A DNA stretch of 64,000 nt from the human T2T-CHM13v2.0 reference genome, Homo sapiens: assembly GCF_009914755.1 (NCBI RefSeq), contig NC_060926.1. One strand, written 5' to 3'. How positions within the stretch are numbered: position 1 is the stretch's first letter; every line of letters begins with the position of its first letter. Positions 26,150-41,301 of the stretch are shown here, piece after piece. Both the position numbers and the translations under genes were made by a program. Under the pieces are notes generated by a model. It saw nothing but the letters and a program-made list of their open reading frames with translations, did not search any database and was not told the DNA's origin.

Positions 26150-29975
<3,826 letters not shown>

Positions 29976-30038
29976 GATGATGTTAGCTGGTTATTTTGCT
30001 CGTTAGTTGATGCAGTTTATTCCTAGTCTCGATGGTCT

Positions 30039-31054
30039 TTACATGTTGGCATGATTTTGCAGTGGCTGGTACCAGTTGTTCCTTCCATGTTTAGTGCTTC
30101 CTTCAGGAACTCTTTTAGGGCAGGCCTGGTGGTAACAAAATCTCTCAGCATTTGCTTGTCTGTAAAGTATTTTATTTCTCCTTCACTTATGAAGCTTATT
30201 TTGGCTGGATATGAAATTCTGGGTTGAAAATTCTTTTCTTTAAGAATGTTGAATATTGGCCCCCTCTCTCTTCTGGCTTGTAGAGTTTCTGCCGAGAGAT
30301 CCGCTGTTAGTCTGATGGGCTTCCCTTTGAGGGTAACCCGACCTTTCTCTCTGGCTGCCCTTAACATTTTTTCCTTCATTTCAACTTTGGTGAATCTGAC
30401 AATTATGTGCCTTGGAGTTGCTCTTCTCGAGGAGTATCTTTGTGGTATTCTCTGTATTTCCTGAATCTGAATGTTGGCCTGCCTTGCTAGATTGGGGAAG
30501 TTCTCCTGGATAATATCCTGCAGAGTGTTTTCCAACTTGGTTCCATTCTCCCCGTCACTTTCAGGTACACCAGTCAGACGTAGATTTGGTGTTTTCACAT
30601 AGTCCCATATTTCTTGGCGGCTTTGTTCGTTTCTTTTTATTCTTTTTTCTTTAAACTTCCATTCTCGCTTCATTTCATTCATTTCATCTTCCACCGCTGA
30701 TACCCTTTCTTCCAGTTGATCGCATCGGCTCCTGAGGCTTCTGCATTCTTCACGTAGTTCTCGAGCCTTGGCTTTCAGCTCCATCAGCTCCTTTAAGCAC
30801 TTCTGTGTACTGGTTATTCTAGTTATACATTCGTCTAAATTTTTTTCAAAGTTTTTAACTTCTTTGCCTTTGGTTTGAATTTCCTCCTGTAGCTTGGAGT
30901 AGTTTGATCATCTGAAGCCTTCTTCTCTCAACTCGTCAAAGTCATTCTCCATCCAGCTTTGTTCCATTGCTGGTGAGGAACTGTGTTCCTTTGGAGGAAG
31001 AGAGGCGCTCTGCTTTTTAGAGTTTCCAGTTTTTCTGCTCTGTTTTTTCCCCAT
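30039..31054 (-). pseudogene. L1 ORF1p with a premature stop and a C-terminal frameshift
   Basis: MGKKQSRKTGNSK...EEGFR then TGA (probably CGA>TGA) at about 30908-30910. The rest of ORF1 is in 30023-30784, with a frameshifted end (MEGTTGTSH instead of MERNN...). Confidence 0.93.
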
Positions 31055-32071
31055 CTTTGTGGTTTTATCTACTTTTGGTCTTTGATGATGGTGATGTACA
31101 GATGGGTTTTTGGTGTGGATGTCCTTTCTGTTTGTTAGTTTTCCTTCCAACAGACAGGACCCTCAGCTGCAGGTCTGTTGGAGTTTGCTAGAGGTCCACT
31201 CCAGACCCTGTTTGCCTGGGTATCAGCAGCAGTGGCTGCAGAACAACGGATTTTCGTGAACTGCGAATGCTGCTGTCTGATCATTCCTTTGGAATTTTTG
31301 TCTCAGAGGAGTACCCGGCCATGTGAGGTGTCAGTCTGCCCCCACTGGGGGGTGCCTCCCAGTTAGGCTGCTTGGGGGTCAGGGGTCAGGGACCCACTTG
31401 AGGAGGCAGTCTGCCCATTCTCGGATCTCTAGCTGCATGCTGGGAGAACCACTGCTCTCTTCAAAGCTGTCAGACAGGGACATTTAAGTCTGGAGAGGTT
31501 ACTGCTGTCTTTTTGTTTGTCTGTGCCCTGCCCCCAGAGGTGGAGCCTACAGAGGCAGGCAGGCCTCCTTGAGCTGTGGTAGGCTCCACCCAGTTCAAGC
31601 TTCCTGGCTGCTTTGTTTACCTAAGCAAGCCAGGGCAATGGCGGGCACCCCTCTCCCAACCTGGCTGCCACCTTGCAGTTTGATCTCAGACTGCTGTGCT
31701 AGCAATCAGCAAGACTCCGTGGGCATAGGACCCTCCAAGCCAGGTGCGGGATATAATCTCCATTTTTTAAGCCCGTCGGAAAAGCACAGTATTAGGGTGG
31801 GAGTGACCCGATTTTCCAGGTGCCGTCTGTCACGGCTAGGAAAGGGAATTCCCTGACCCCTTGCACTTCCTGAGTGAGGCAATGCCTTGCCCTGCTTCGG
31901 CTCGCACACAGTGCACTGCACCCACTGTCCTGCGCCCACTGTCTGGCACTCCCTAATGAGATGAACCAGGTACCTCAGATGGAAATGCAGAAATCACCTG
32001 TCTTCTGCGTCACTCACGCTGGGAGCTGTAGACCAGAGCTGTTCCTATTTGGCCATCTTGGCTGCCCCCCG
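31055..32071 (-). promoter_or_regulatory. L1 5'UTR internal sense promoter (YY1 site) and antisense promoter; retains the about 129-bp ZNF93-target segment
   Basis: YY1 motif CAAGATGGCC (ggccatcttg, 32051-32060). The extra segment at about 31183-31310 is absent from L1PA2/L1HS. Confidence 0.8.
31638..31856 (+). CDS. L1 ORF0 (antisense 5'UTR ORF), open, 72 aa
   Basis: MAGTPLPTWLPPCSLISDCCASNQQDSVGIGPSKPGAGYNLHFLSPSEKHSIRVGVTRFSRC... matches primate L1 ORF0. Expression unknown. Confidence 0.6.
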   Translation: MAGTPLPTWLPPCSLISDCCASNQQDSVGIGPSKPGAGYNLHFLSPSEKHSIRVGVTRFSRCRLSRLGKGIP

Positions 32072-32738
32072 AAAAACATTCTTATAAATAAATGAAGACA
32101 GAGACACAACATATCAAAATCTCAAATACGGCAAAAGCAATGTTGAGAGGAAAGTCTGTAGTGCTGAAGTCCTACCTCAAATGCTAGAAAGGTTTCAACT
32201 TAATGATCTAACATCACACCTAGAAGAACTAGGAAAAAAAAGAACAAACTACTAGCTGAAGAAAAGAAATAACTAAAATCAGAGCTGAACTGAATAAACT
32301 TTTATCCAAAAATCCATACACACACACACACAAAAAGTAAACAAAAGATGGTTATTTGAAAGTTGAAACAAGATCAATAGACCACGAGCTATATTAACAA
32401 AGAAAGGGAGGATCCAAATAAGCACAATCAGAAATGACAAGGGTGACGTTACTACTAATTCCAAAGACATACCATAGATGCTCAGACACTATTATAAACA
32501 TGTCTATGCACACAAATTAGGAAATCTAGAGGAAATGGATAAATTCCTCGAGACAAATAGCTTTCCAAAATTGAATCAGGAAGAAACTTAAACACTTAAC
32601 AGAGCAATATTGAGTTTCAAAATTGAATCAGTAATAAAATACCTACCACCCCAAAAAAAGCCGTGGACAAGATGGATTCACAGCCAAATTCTGCCAGACA
32701 TTCAAGAAAGAACAGGTAATTATTCTACTAAAGCTATT

Positions 32739-35034
32739 TGTATTAGTCCATTTTCATGTCCCAGATAAAGACATACCCAAGACTGGGCAAGAGGTTTAAT
32801 ATGGACTTACAGTTTCACGTGGCTTGGGAAGCCTCATAATCATGATGGAAGACAAGGAGGAACAAGTCACATCTTACATGGGTGGCAGCAGACAAAGAAA
32901 AAAAAAGAGCTTGTGCAAAGAAACTCCCCCTTAAATACTATCAGATCTCTTGTGAGATTCCCCCCACTACCATGAGAACATTATGGGAAAGAACTGCCCC
33001 CATGTTCCTCCCACCAGGTCCCTCCCACAACATGTGGGAATTCAAGATGAGATTTGGATGGGAACGTAGCCAAACCATATTACACATTACCACATTACAC
33101 CCCTGGCCTCTCCCAAATATCATGTCCTCACATTTCAAAACCAATCATGCCTTCCCAACTGTCCCCCAAAGTCTTAATTCATTCCAGCATTAACTCAAAA
33201 GTCCACAGTCCAAAGTCTCATCTGAGACAAGGCAAGACTTTTGCACCTATGAGCCTGTAAAATCAAAAGCAGATTAGTTACTTCCTAGATATAGTGGGGG
33301 TACAGGCGTTGAGTAAATACACCCACTCTAAATGGGAGAAATTGGGCAAAACAAAGGGACTAGAGACCCCATGCAGGTCCAAAATCCAGTGGGGCAGTCA
33401 AATCTTAAAGGACCAAAATGATCTCCTTCAACTCTATGCCTCACAACCAGGTCACTGTGATGCAAGAGGTGGGTTCTCATGGTCTTGGGCACCTCTGCCC
33501 CTGTGGCTTTTCAGGGCACAGCCTCCCTCCCAGCTACTTTCATCGGCTGGTGTTGAGTGCCTGTGGCTATTCCAGGTGCACGCTGCAAGCTGTCAGTGGA
33601 TCTACCATTCTGGGGTCTGGAGGACTGTGGCCCTCTTCTCGCAGCTCCACTAGGCAGTACCCCAGTAGAGACTATGTGTGGGAGCTCTGACCCAACATTT
33701 CCCTTCTGCACTGCCCTAACAGAGGTTCTCCATGAGGGCCCTGCCCCCACAGAAAACTTCTGCCTGGGAATCCAGACATCTCCATACGTCTTCTGAAATT
33801 TAGGCAGAGGTTTCCAAACCCCAGTTCTTGACTTCTGTTCACTCACAGGTTCAACACCACATGGAAGCTGCCAAGGCTTGGGACTTGCACCCTCTGAAGC
33901 CATGGCTCGATCTCTATATTGACCCCTTTCAGCCATGGCTGGAGCAGCTGGGATGCAGGGCACCAGGTCCCTAGGCTGCACACAGCATGGGGACACAGCA
34001 CAAGGGCCCGGCCCTAGAAACCACTTTTTATTCCTAGGCCTCTGGGCCTGTAATGGGAGGAACTGCCATGAAGGCCTATGACATGCTCTGAAGACATTTT
34101 CCCTATTGTCTTGGGAATTATAATTTTGATCCTCATTTCTTATGCAAATTTCTGCAGCCAGCTTGAATTTCTCCTCAGAAAATGGGATTTTCTTTTCTAT
34201 TGCATTGTCAGGCTGTAAATTTTCTGAATTTTTATGCTCTGCTTCCCTTATACAACTGAATGCCTTTAATAGCACCCAAGTCACCTCTCGAATGCTTTGC
34301 TGCTTAGAAATTTCTTCTGCCAGATACCCTAAATCCTTTCTTTCAAATGTAACGTTCCACAAATCTCTAGGATGGGGCAAAATGCCACCAGTGTCTTTGC
34401 TAAAACATAACAAGAGTCACCTTTGCTCCAGTTCCCAACAAGTTCCTCAACTCTATCTGAGACCACATCAGCTTGGATTTCATTGTCCATATCATTATCA
34501 GCATTTTGGTCAAAGCCATTCAACAAATCTCTAGGGAGTTCCAAACTTTTTCACATCTTCCTATCTTCTTCTGAGCCCTCTGAACTGTTTCAACTTCTGC
34601 CTGTTACCCAGTTCCAAAGTTGCTTCCATATATTTGGCTCTTTTCAGCAGTGGCTCACTCTACTGGTACCAATTTACTGTGTTAGTCCGTTTTCGTGCTG
34701 CTGATAAAGACATACCTGAGACTGAACAATTTACAAAAGAGGTTTAATATGGACTTACAGTTTCACGTGGCTGGGGAAGCCTCACAATCATGGTGGAAGG
34801 CCAGGAGGAACAAGTCACATTTTACATGGATGGCAGGAGTCAAAGAATACAAAAGAGCTTGTGCAGAGAAACTCCTCCTTATAATACCATCAGATCTCAT
34901 GAGACCCACCCACCACCATAAGAACACCATGGATAAGACATGCCCCATGATCCAGTTACCTCTTACCAGGTCCCTCCCACAATGGGTGGGAATTCAAGAT
35001 CAGATATGGTTAGGGACACAGCCAAACCATATCA
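32739..35034 (-). mobile_element. Complete THE1 (THE1B/A-like) MaLR element: LTR 32739-33082, internal region, LTR 34678-35034
   Basis: Two about 350-bp direct LTRs (tgtattagtcc...aaaccatat) flank an about 1.6-kb THE1-int. The host L1PB ORF2 continues on both sides. Confidence 0.93.
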
Positions 35035-38000
35035 TGTTCCCCCCAAAATCAAGGATAATAGACTCCTCCCCTAGTGCTTTCTACAAAGCCAGGATCACCC
35101 TGATACCAAAACATGGAAAAGACAGAACAAAAAAAGAAAACTATAGGCCAATAATGCTAATGAACATAGATGCAAAAATCTTCAAAAAGTACTAGCCAAC
35201 TGAATTCAACAGCACATCAAAAGATTAAGTCACCATGATGAAGTAAGCTTTATTCCTGGAATGCAGGGTTAGTTCAACATATGCAAATCAATAAATGTGA
35301 TTCACCACATAAAATTAAAAACTACATGACTATCTCAATAGACATAGAGAAAGCTTTTAATGAAATTTAATACTCCTTCATTATAAAAACCTTCAAGATA
35401 CTAGGCATCGATGGGACATACCTCAAAATAATAAAAGCCGTCTATGACAAACCCATGGCTAACATTCAATGGGCAAAAACTGGAAGCTTTCCCCTTGAGA
35501 ACTGTAACAAGACAAGGATGCCCACTCTCACCACTCCTTTTCAGCATAGTACTGAAAGTCCTAGGTGGAGCAATCAGACAAAAGAAAGAAAAGACAATTG
35601 AATAGGAAAAGAAGAAGTCAAACTATCTCTCTTCATGGATGATATGATCCTATACTTAGAAAACACTAAAGACTGCATCAAAAGACTCCTGGAACTGAGA
35701 AAAAATTTCAGTAATGTTTCAAGATATAAAATCAATGTACAAAAAATGGGTAGTATTTCTATACACCAATGACATTCAAGCTGAGAGCCAAATTAATAAC
35801 ACAATTTTATTTACTATAGCTATGAAAAAATAAAATACCTAGGAACACCTAGGTATTAAAATACCTACGAAGTGAGAGACCTGTATGTGAACTACAAAAT
35901 AATGCTAAAAGACATCATAGATGATAATGACACAAACAAATGGAAAAACATTCTATGCTCGTGGATTGGAAAAATCAATATTGTTAAAATGGCCATAGCC
36001 TCCAAAGCAAACTACAGATTTAATGCCATTCCTATCAACCTAACAATATAATTTTTCACAGAAATACAAGAAACTATAAAATTTAAAATTCATATGGAAC
36101 CAAAGACGTTCCCAAATGGCCAAAACAATACTAAGCAAAAAAAACAAAGTTGGAGGCATCCCATTACTTGACTTCAAACTATGTTGTACTATAAGGCTAC
36201 AGTAACCAAAACAGCATGGTTCTGTTACAAAAACAGACAAATAGACCAATGGAAGGGAATAGAGAACCCTAAAATAAAGCCACACATTTATAACTACCTG
36301 ATCTTTGACAAAGTTGATAAAAATAAGCAAGGGAGAAAGGATGCTCTATTCAATAAATGGTGCTGGTTTAGCTGGCTAGCCATGTGCAGAAGAATGAAAC
36401 TGGACCCTTACATTTCATCATATACAAAGAATAACTCAAGAGGAATTAAATATTTAAATGTAAGACCTCAAACTGTAAGAATCTTAGAAGAAAATGTAGG
36501 AAACACCACTCTGGACATTGGCCTTGGCAAATAATTTATGTCTACGTCCTCAAAAGCAGTTGTAAGAAAACCAAAATTGACAAGTCAGGCCTAATTAAAG
36601 AGCTTCTGCTCAGTAAAGAAAACTATCAATAGCATAAAGAGATAATCTATAGAATGGGAGAAAATATTTTCAAACTATGCATCTAACAAATGTCTAATAT
36701 ACAGAATCTATAAGGGACTTAAGCAATTGAAGAAGCAAAAAACTAATAACCCCCTTTAAAAATGGGCAAAAGACATGAACAGACAATTCTCAGAAGAGAA
36801 AAGACATGCAAGTGGCCAAGAAACATATGAAAAATGCTCCACATCACTAATCATCCGAGAAGTAGAAATCAAAACTACATGAGATACCATCTCACACAAG
36901 TTAGAAAGGTGATTATTAAAAAGTCAGACAAACAGACAGACAAGTGGATGTTGGCAAGGCTGTGAAGAAAAGGGAATGCTTATACACGGTTGATGGGAAT
37001 GTAAATTAGTTCAGTCACTATGAAAAGCAGTTTGGAGGTTTCTCAAAGAACTAAGAAGTACCATTTGACCTATCAATCCCATTACTGAGTGTGTGTGTAT
37101 ATCCAAATCTTTCTACCACAAAGACACATGCACTTGCATGTTCATCAAAGCAGTATTCACAATTGGAAAGAGATGGAATCAACCTAGGTGCCAATCAATG
37201 GTGAATTATATTAAGAAAATGTGGTACATACACACTGTCGAATACTATCCAGTCATAAAAAAAGAATGAAATCATGTCCTTTGCAGCAACATGGATGTAG
37301 CTGGAGACCATTAATCAAAACAAATTAGTGCAGAAACTTAAAACGAAATACTGCATATTCTCACTTATAAATGGGAGCTAAACATTGGGTACTCATAGAC
37401 ATAAAGGTGACAACAATAAAAAATGGGGAAATGGGGGACGCTAGAGGGGAAAGAGGGATAAGAGCTGAAAAATTAACTATTAGGGACTATGCTCAGTACC
37501 TGGGTAACAGAATCATTCATATCCCAAACCTCATAATCACACAACATACTCAGCTAACAAATCTGTACATATATATACTCCCTGAATCTAAAATAAAAGT
37601 TGGAAAAATAAATAAATAAAATTATCAGCCACACATAAAAGATAATTATGCTCTTCTCTTTAGGAGCATAAAGTTACTTACATAAGCTCCTTTTCCCCCA
37701 GCCCATTAAGTGAGATTATGTCATGCATTTGTAATTCAGTTAGATGGTTTTGTCATATTTTGCATTCCGTTTTGGGATTTCTTTGACTACCAAAGTGACA
37801 TTTTAAAATTAAATTTGTATCCATTACAGTTTACTTTGGTGTTGAAGTATTTTGGGGCTTTGACGAAGGCAGAGTGTCATATAGTCACAATTATAGTCTC
37901 TAAAAATAGTTTCACAACCCCAAAAATTCCCCTTTGTATCCCTATTCAGCTCCCCCTAAACTCCTGGTGACAACTAGTGTTTTTACTGTCTCTAGAGATT

Positions 38001-39548
38001 TTCCTTTTTTAAAATATCATATAATTTGATAATATATATGCCACAGTTTATTTATTGCACCCCCTGATTGAAGGACATCTTGTTTTCTTGAAAGTTTGGC
38101 ACTTATAAATAAAGTTGCTATAAATATTTCTCTGCAGATTTTGTGTGACAGAAGTTTTTAAATCAGTTGGGTAAGTATCTAGGAACATCACTGATCAATC
38201 CTATGTAAGACTATTTTTACCTTTGTAAAAATTACCTAAACTGTCTTAAAAAGTGGAGGCACAATTTTGCATTTCACCAACAATAAATGAGAGTTCCTGT
38301 TGCTCCACATCCTCATCAGCAATTGGTACTGTCAGTTTTATAGATGTTAGACAATCTTATGTCTGTTTCAGTTATCAATTCCCTAAATAGAAATAATGTT
38401 ACAAATCTTTTTCTATACTTAATTTTTGTCTATATATTTTTATAATGCTATATCCTTTTAGATATTTTACCCATTTTTAAATTAGGGCATTTGTTTTCTT
38501 ATTGTTGAGGTTTAAGAGTTCTTTGCTATTCTGGAAGCTTATTTTCCCAGATATGTGTTTCACCAATATTTTCCTTCAGTCTATGGCTTGTTTTTTGTTG
38601 CTCTTAACAGTATCATTTGCATAGGAAAGTTTTTAATTTTAAAGAAGTCCAACCAGTCATTCGTTTTTCTTTCAAGAATTGTGATTTGGTGTTGTATCTG
38701 ACAATGTATAGTCCAACTCAAAGTCACTTAAATTTTCTCCTGTGATTTTTTTTTTTAGAGTTTTTTAGTTTTGTGTTTTACATTTATTTTTATGATCCAT
38801 TTTGAGTTAATTTTTGCATAAGGTATATTTCTACATTTTTGTTTTTTGTTGTTTGGTTTTTTGTTTTTGTTTTTGCTTTATATAGGGATATCCAATTATT
38901 CAAGAAACATTTGTTGAGAAGACTATTTGTTCTGCATTTAATTGTCTTTGTCCCCTGTCAAATATTAATTGGCTATGTTTGTGTGGATCTATTTCTGGGC
39001 TCTCTCTAGTCTATTCTATTGATCTATTTCCTTACTTTTCATCAATACTATACTGTCTTGATTACTGTACCTGTATATGAAGTCTTGAAATCAGGTAATG
39101 TTGGTCCTCTTAGTTCGTCTTCAATAATATTTTGACTCTTCTAGTTCTTTTGTCATGCCATAAAATATTTAGAATTATTTTACCATTATTTATACAGTAG
39201 TTTGCTGAGATTTTTACTGGGATTACAGTAAATCTATAAATCAGATTTGGAAAAATTGACATCTTTTCATAATCATCTTCCAATCCATAAACATGGTCTA
39301 TATTTTTATTTAGATCTTTAATTTATTTTATTAGGGTTTTGTTGTTTTCCACATATAGATTATGTACATATTTTGTTAGACTTACACCTAAATATTTAAT
39401 TTTTCATACTCTTATAAATGGCATTATAATTTCAAATTCTAACTGATCACTGCAGGTATACAGGAAAGCGTTCATTATTGTTTATTAACCTTTCATCCTG
39501 CAGCCTTGCTATTTTCTCTTATTAGGTCCAGCAGTTGAGTGGTTTAAT

Positions 39549-39920
39549 GAGGGTGTCCAGTTTCAATTTTCTGTATATGGCTAGCCAGTTCTCCCAGCAC
39601 CATTTATTAAATATGGAATCATTTCCCTGTTGCTTATTTTTGTAAGGTTTTTTGAAGATCAGATGATTGTAGATGTGTAGTCTTATTTCTGAGTTCTCTA
39701 TTCTGTTTCATTGGTCTGTGTCTGTTTTTATACCAGTACCATGCTGTTTTGGTTACTGTAGCCTTGTAGTGTAGTTTGAAGTCTGGTAGCTTGATGCCTC
39801 CAGCTTTGTTCTTTTTGCTTAGGATTGTCTTGGCTATATGGGCTCTTTTTCGGTTCCATATAAATTTTAAAGTAGTTTTTTTCTAATTCTGTGAAGAGTG
39901 TCAATGGTAGTTTAATGGTA
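39549..39920 (-). mobile_element. Internal fragment of a younger primate L1 (L1PA-type ORF2) without tail or TSD
   Basis: High similarity to L1PA3 27120-27490 ('gtaccatgctgttttggttactgtagccttgtagt'), much less diverged than the flanking L1M. Confidence 0.85.
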
Positions 39921-40093
39921 GTTCTTTCAATTTTTTTTACTTCACTTACTTTTATAATCTCTTCTTCTTTGCATACAGGTTAAAGATTGTTGTCTTCTTA
40001 TAGAACTGAATACTTTATTCTTATGCAATGCCCTTATTTGTTCCCGAAAATTTTATTTGTTCTGTAGTCTGCTTTGTCTGAGATTAACATAGT

Positions 40094-40532
40094 TGTGATG
40101 GTTAATACTGAGTGTCAGCTTGATTGGATAGAAGGATGCAAAGTATTGATCCTGGGTGTGTCTGTGAGGGTGTTGCCAAAAGAGATTAACATTTGAGTCA
40201 GTGGACTGGGAGAGGCAGACCCACCCTCAATCTGGGTGGGCCCCATCTAATCAGCTGCCAGAATAAAAAGCAAGCAGAAGGATGTGGAGAGATTAGACAG
40301 GCTTAGCCTCCTAGCCTACATCTTTTTCCTGTGCTGGATGCTTCCTGCCTTTGAATGTTGGACTCCAGGTTCTTCAGCTTTGGGACTTAGACTGGCTTCC
40401 TTGCTCATCAGCTTGCAGATGAACTGTTGTGGGACCTTGTGATCATATGAGTTAATACTCCTTAATAAACTCGACTTTATATATACATCTATCTTATTAG
40501 TTTTGTTATTCTAGAGAATCCTGACTAATACA
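40094..40532 (+). mobile_element. MLT2A (HERV-L) solo LTR
   Basis: TGTGATGGTTAATACTGAGTGTC...CCTGACTAATACA with perfect 5-bp TSD ATAGT (40089-40093, 40533-40537). Confidence 0.93.
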
Positions 40533-40894
40533 ATAGTTATTCCTCTTTTCTTTCTTTTTTTTTTTTGATTAGTGTTAGCATAGTATATCTTTCTCCATTT
40601 CTTTAACCTATCTGAGTATTTGTATTGAAAGTGGGTCTCCTGTAGAATGTACAGGTGTGTCTTGTATATTTCATTTACTCTGACAGTCTGTCTTTTAATT
40701 GGTGTATTTAGACCATTCACAGTTAAAGTAATTATTGATATAGTCGGCTTAATATCTACCATGTTTCTAACTCTTTTGTTACACTTTTTTTATTTCTCTT
40801 CTGCCTTTGTAATTTTAATTTAGCATTTTCTATTATTCTATTTTATCTCTTAACCTATAAAGTTTACCTCTTTTTAAAAGGGTAGGCCAACAAT

Positions 40895-41263
40895 TTTGTT
40901 ATTTTTCTTCACATTTATTTTGTTTGTAGGACTCTTGTCAATGTAGAACTTTATATCCAACAATATAAACAGGCACATTCCAAGTGATATTCTGTAGAAG
41001 TGAAAGAGACTGACTGATAAAACAAAACGAAACAAAACTAGACACCTGCATTATATGTTCTTTATATAAATAGTCCATCCTGAATAGCAGAATGAAATGC
41101 ACACCAAATGCTTCTAAAAGTCTGTGTGCCTAGATCACAATTACAGTCTTCGCACACTGAAAAGAAAAAGAACAATAACACAGAACATAGTATTTTCAAT
41201 GATTATAGCAAATTAACATTTTCAGCCATTCAGTGGCTTTTTAAGATCATGTTGGCAACTTAC

Positions 41264-41301
<38 letters not shown>

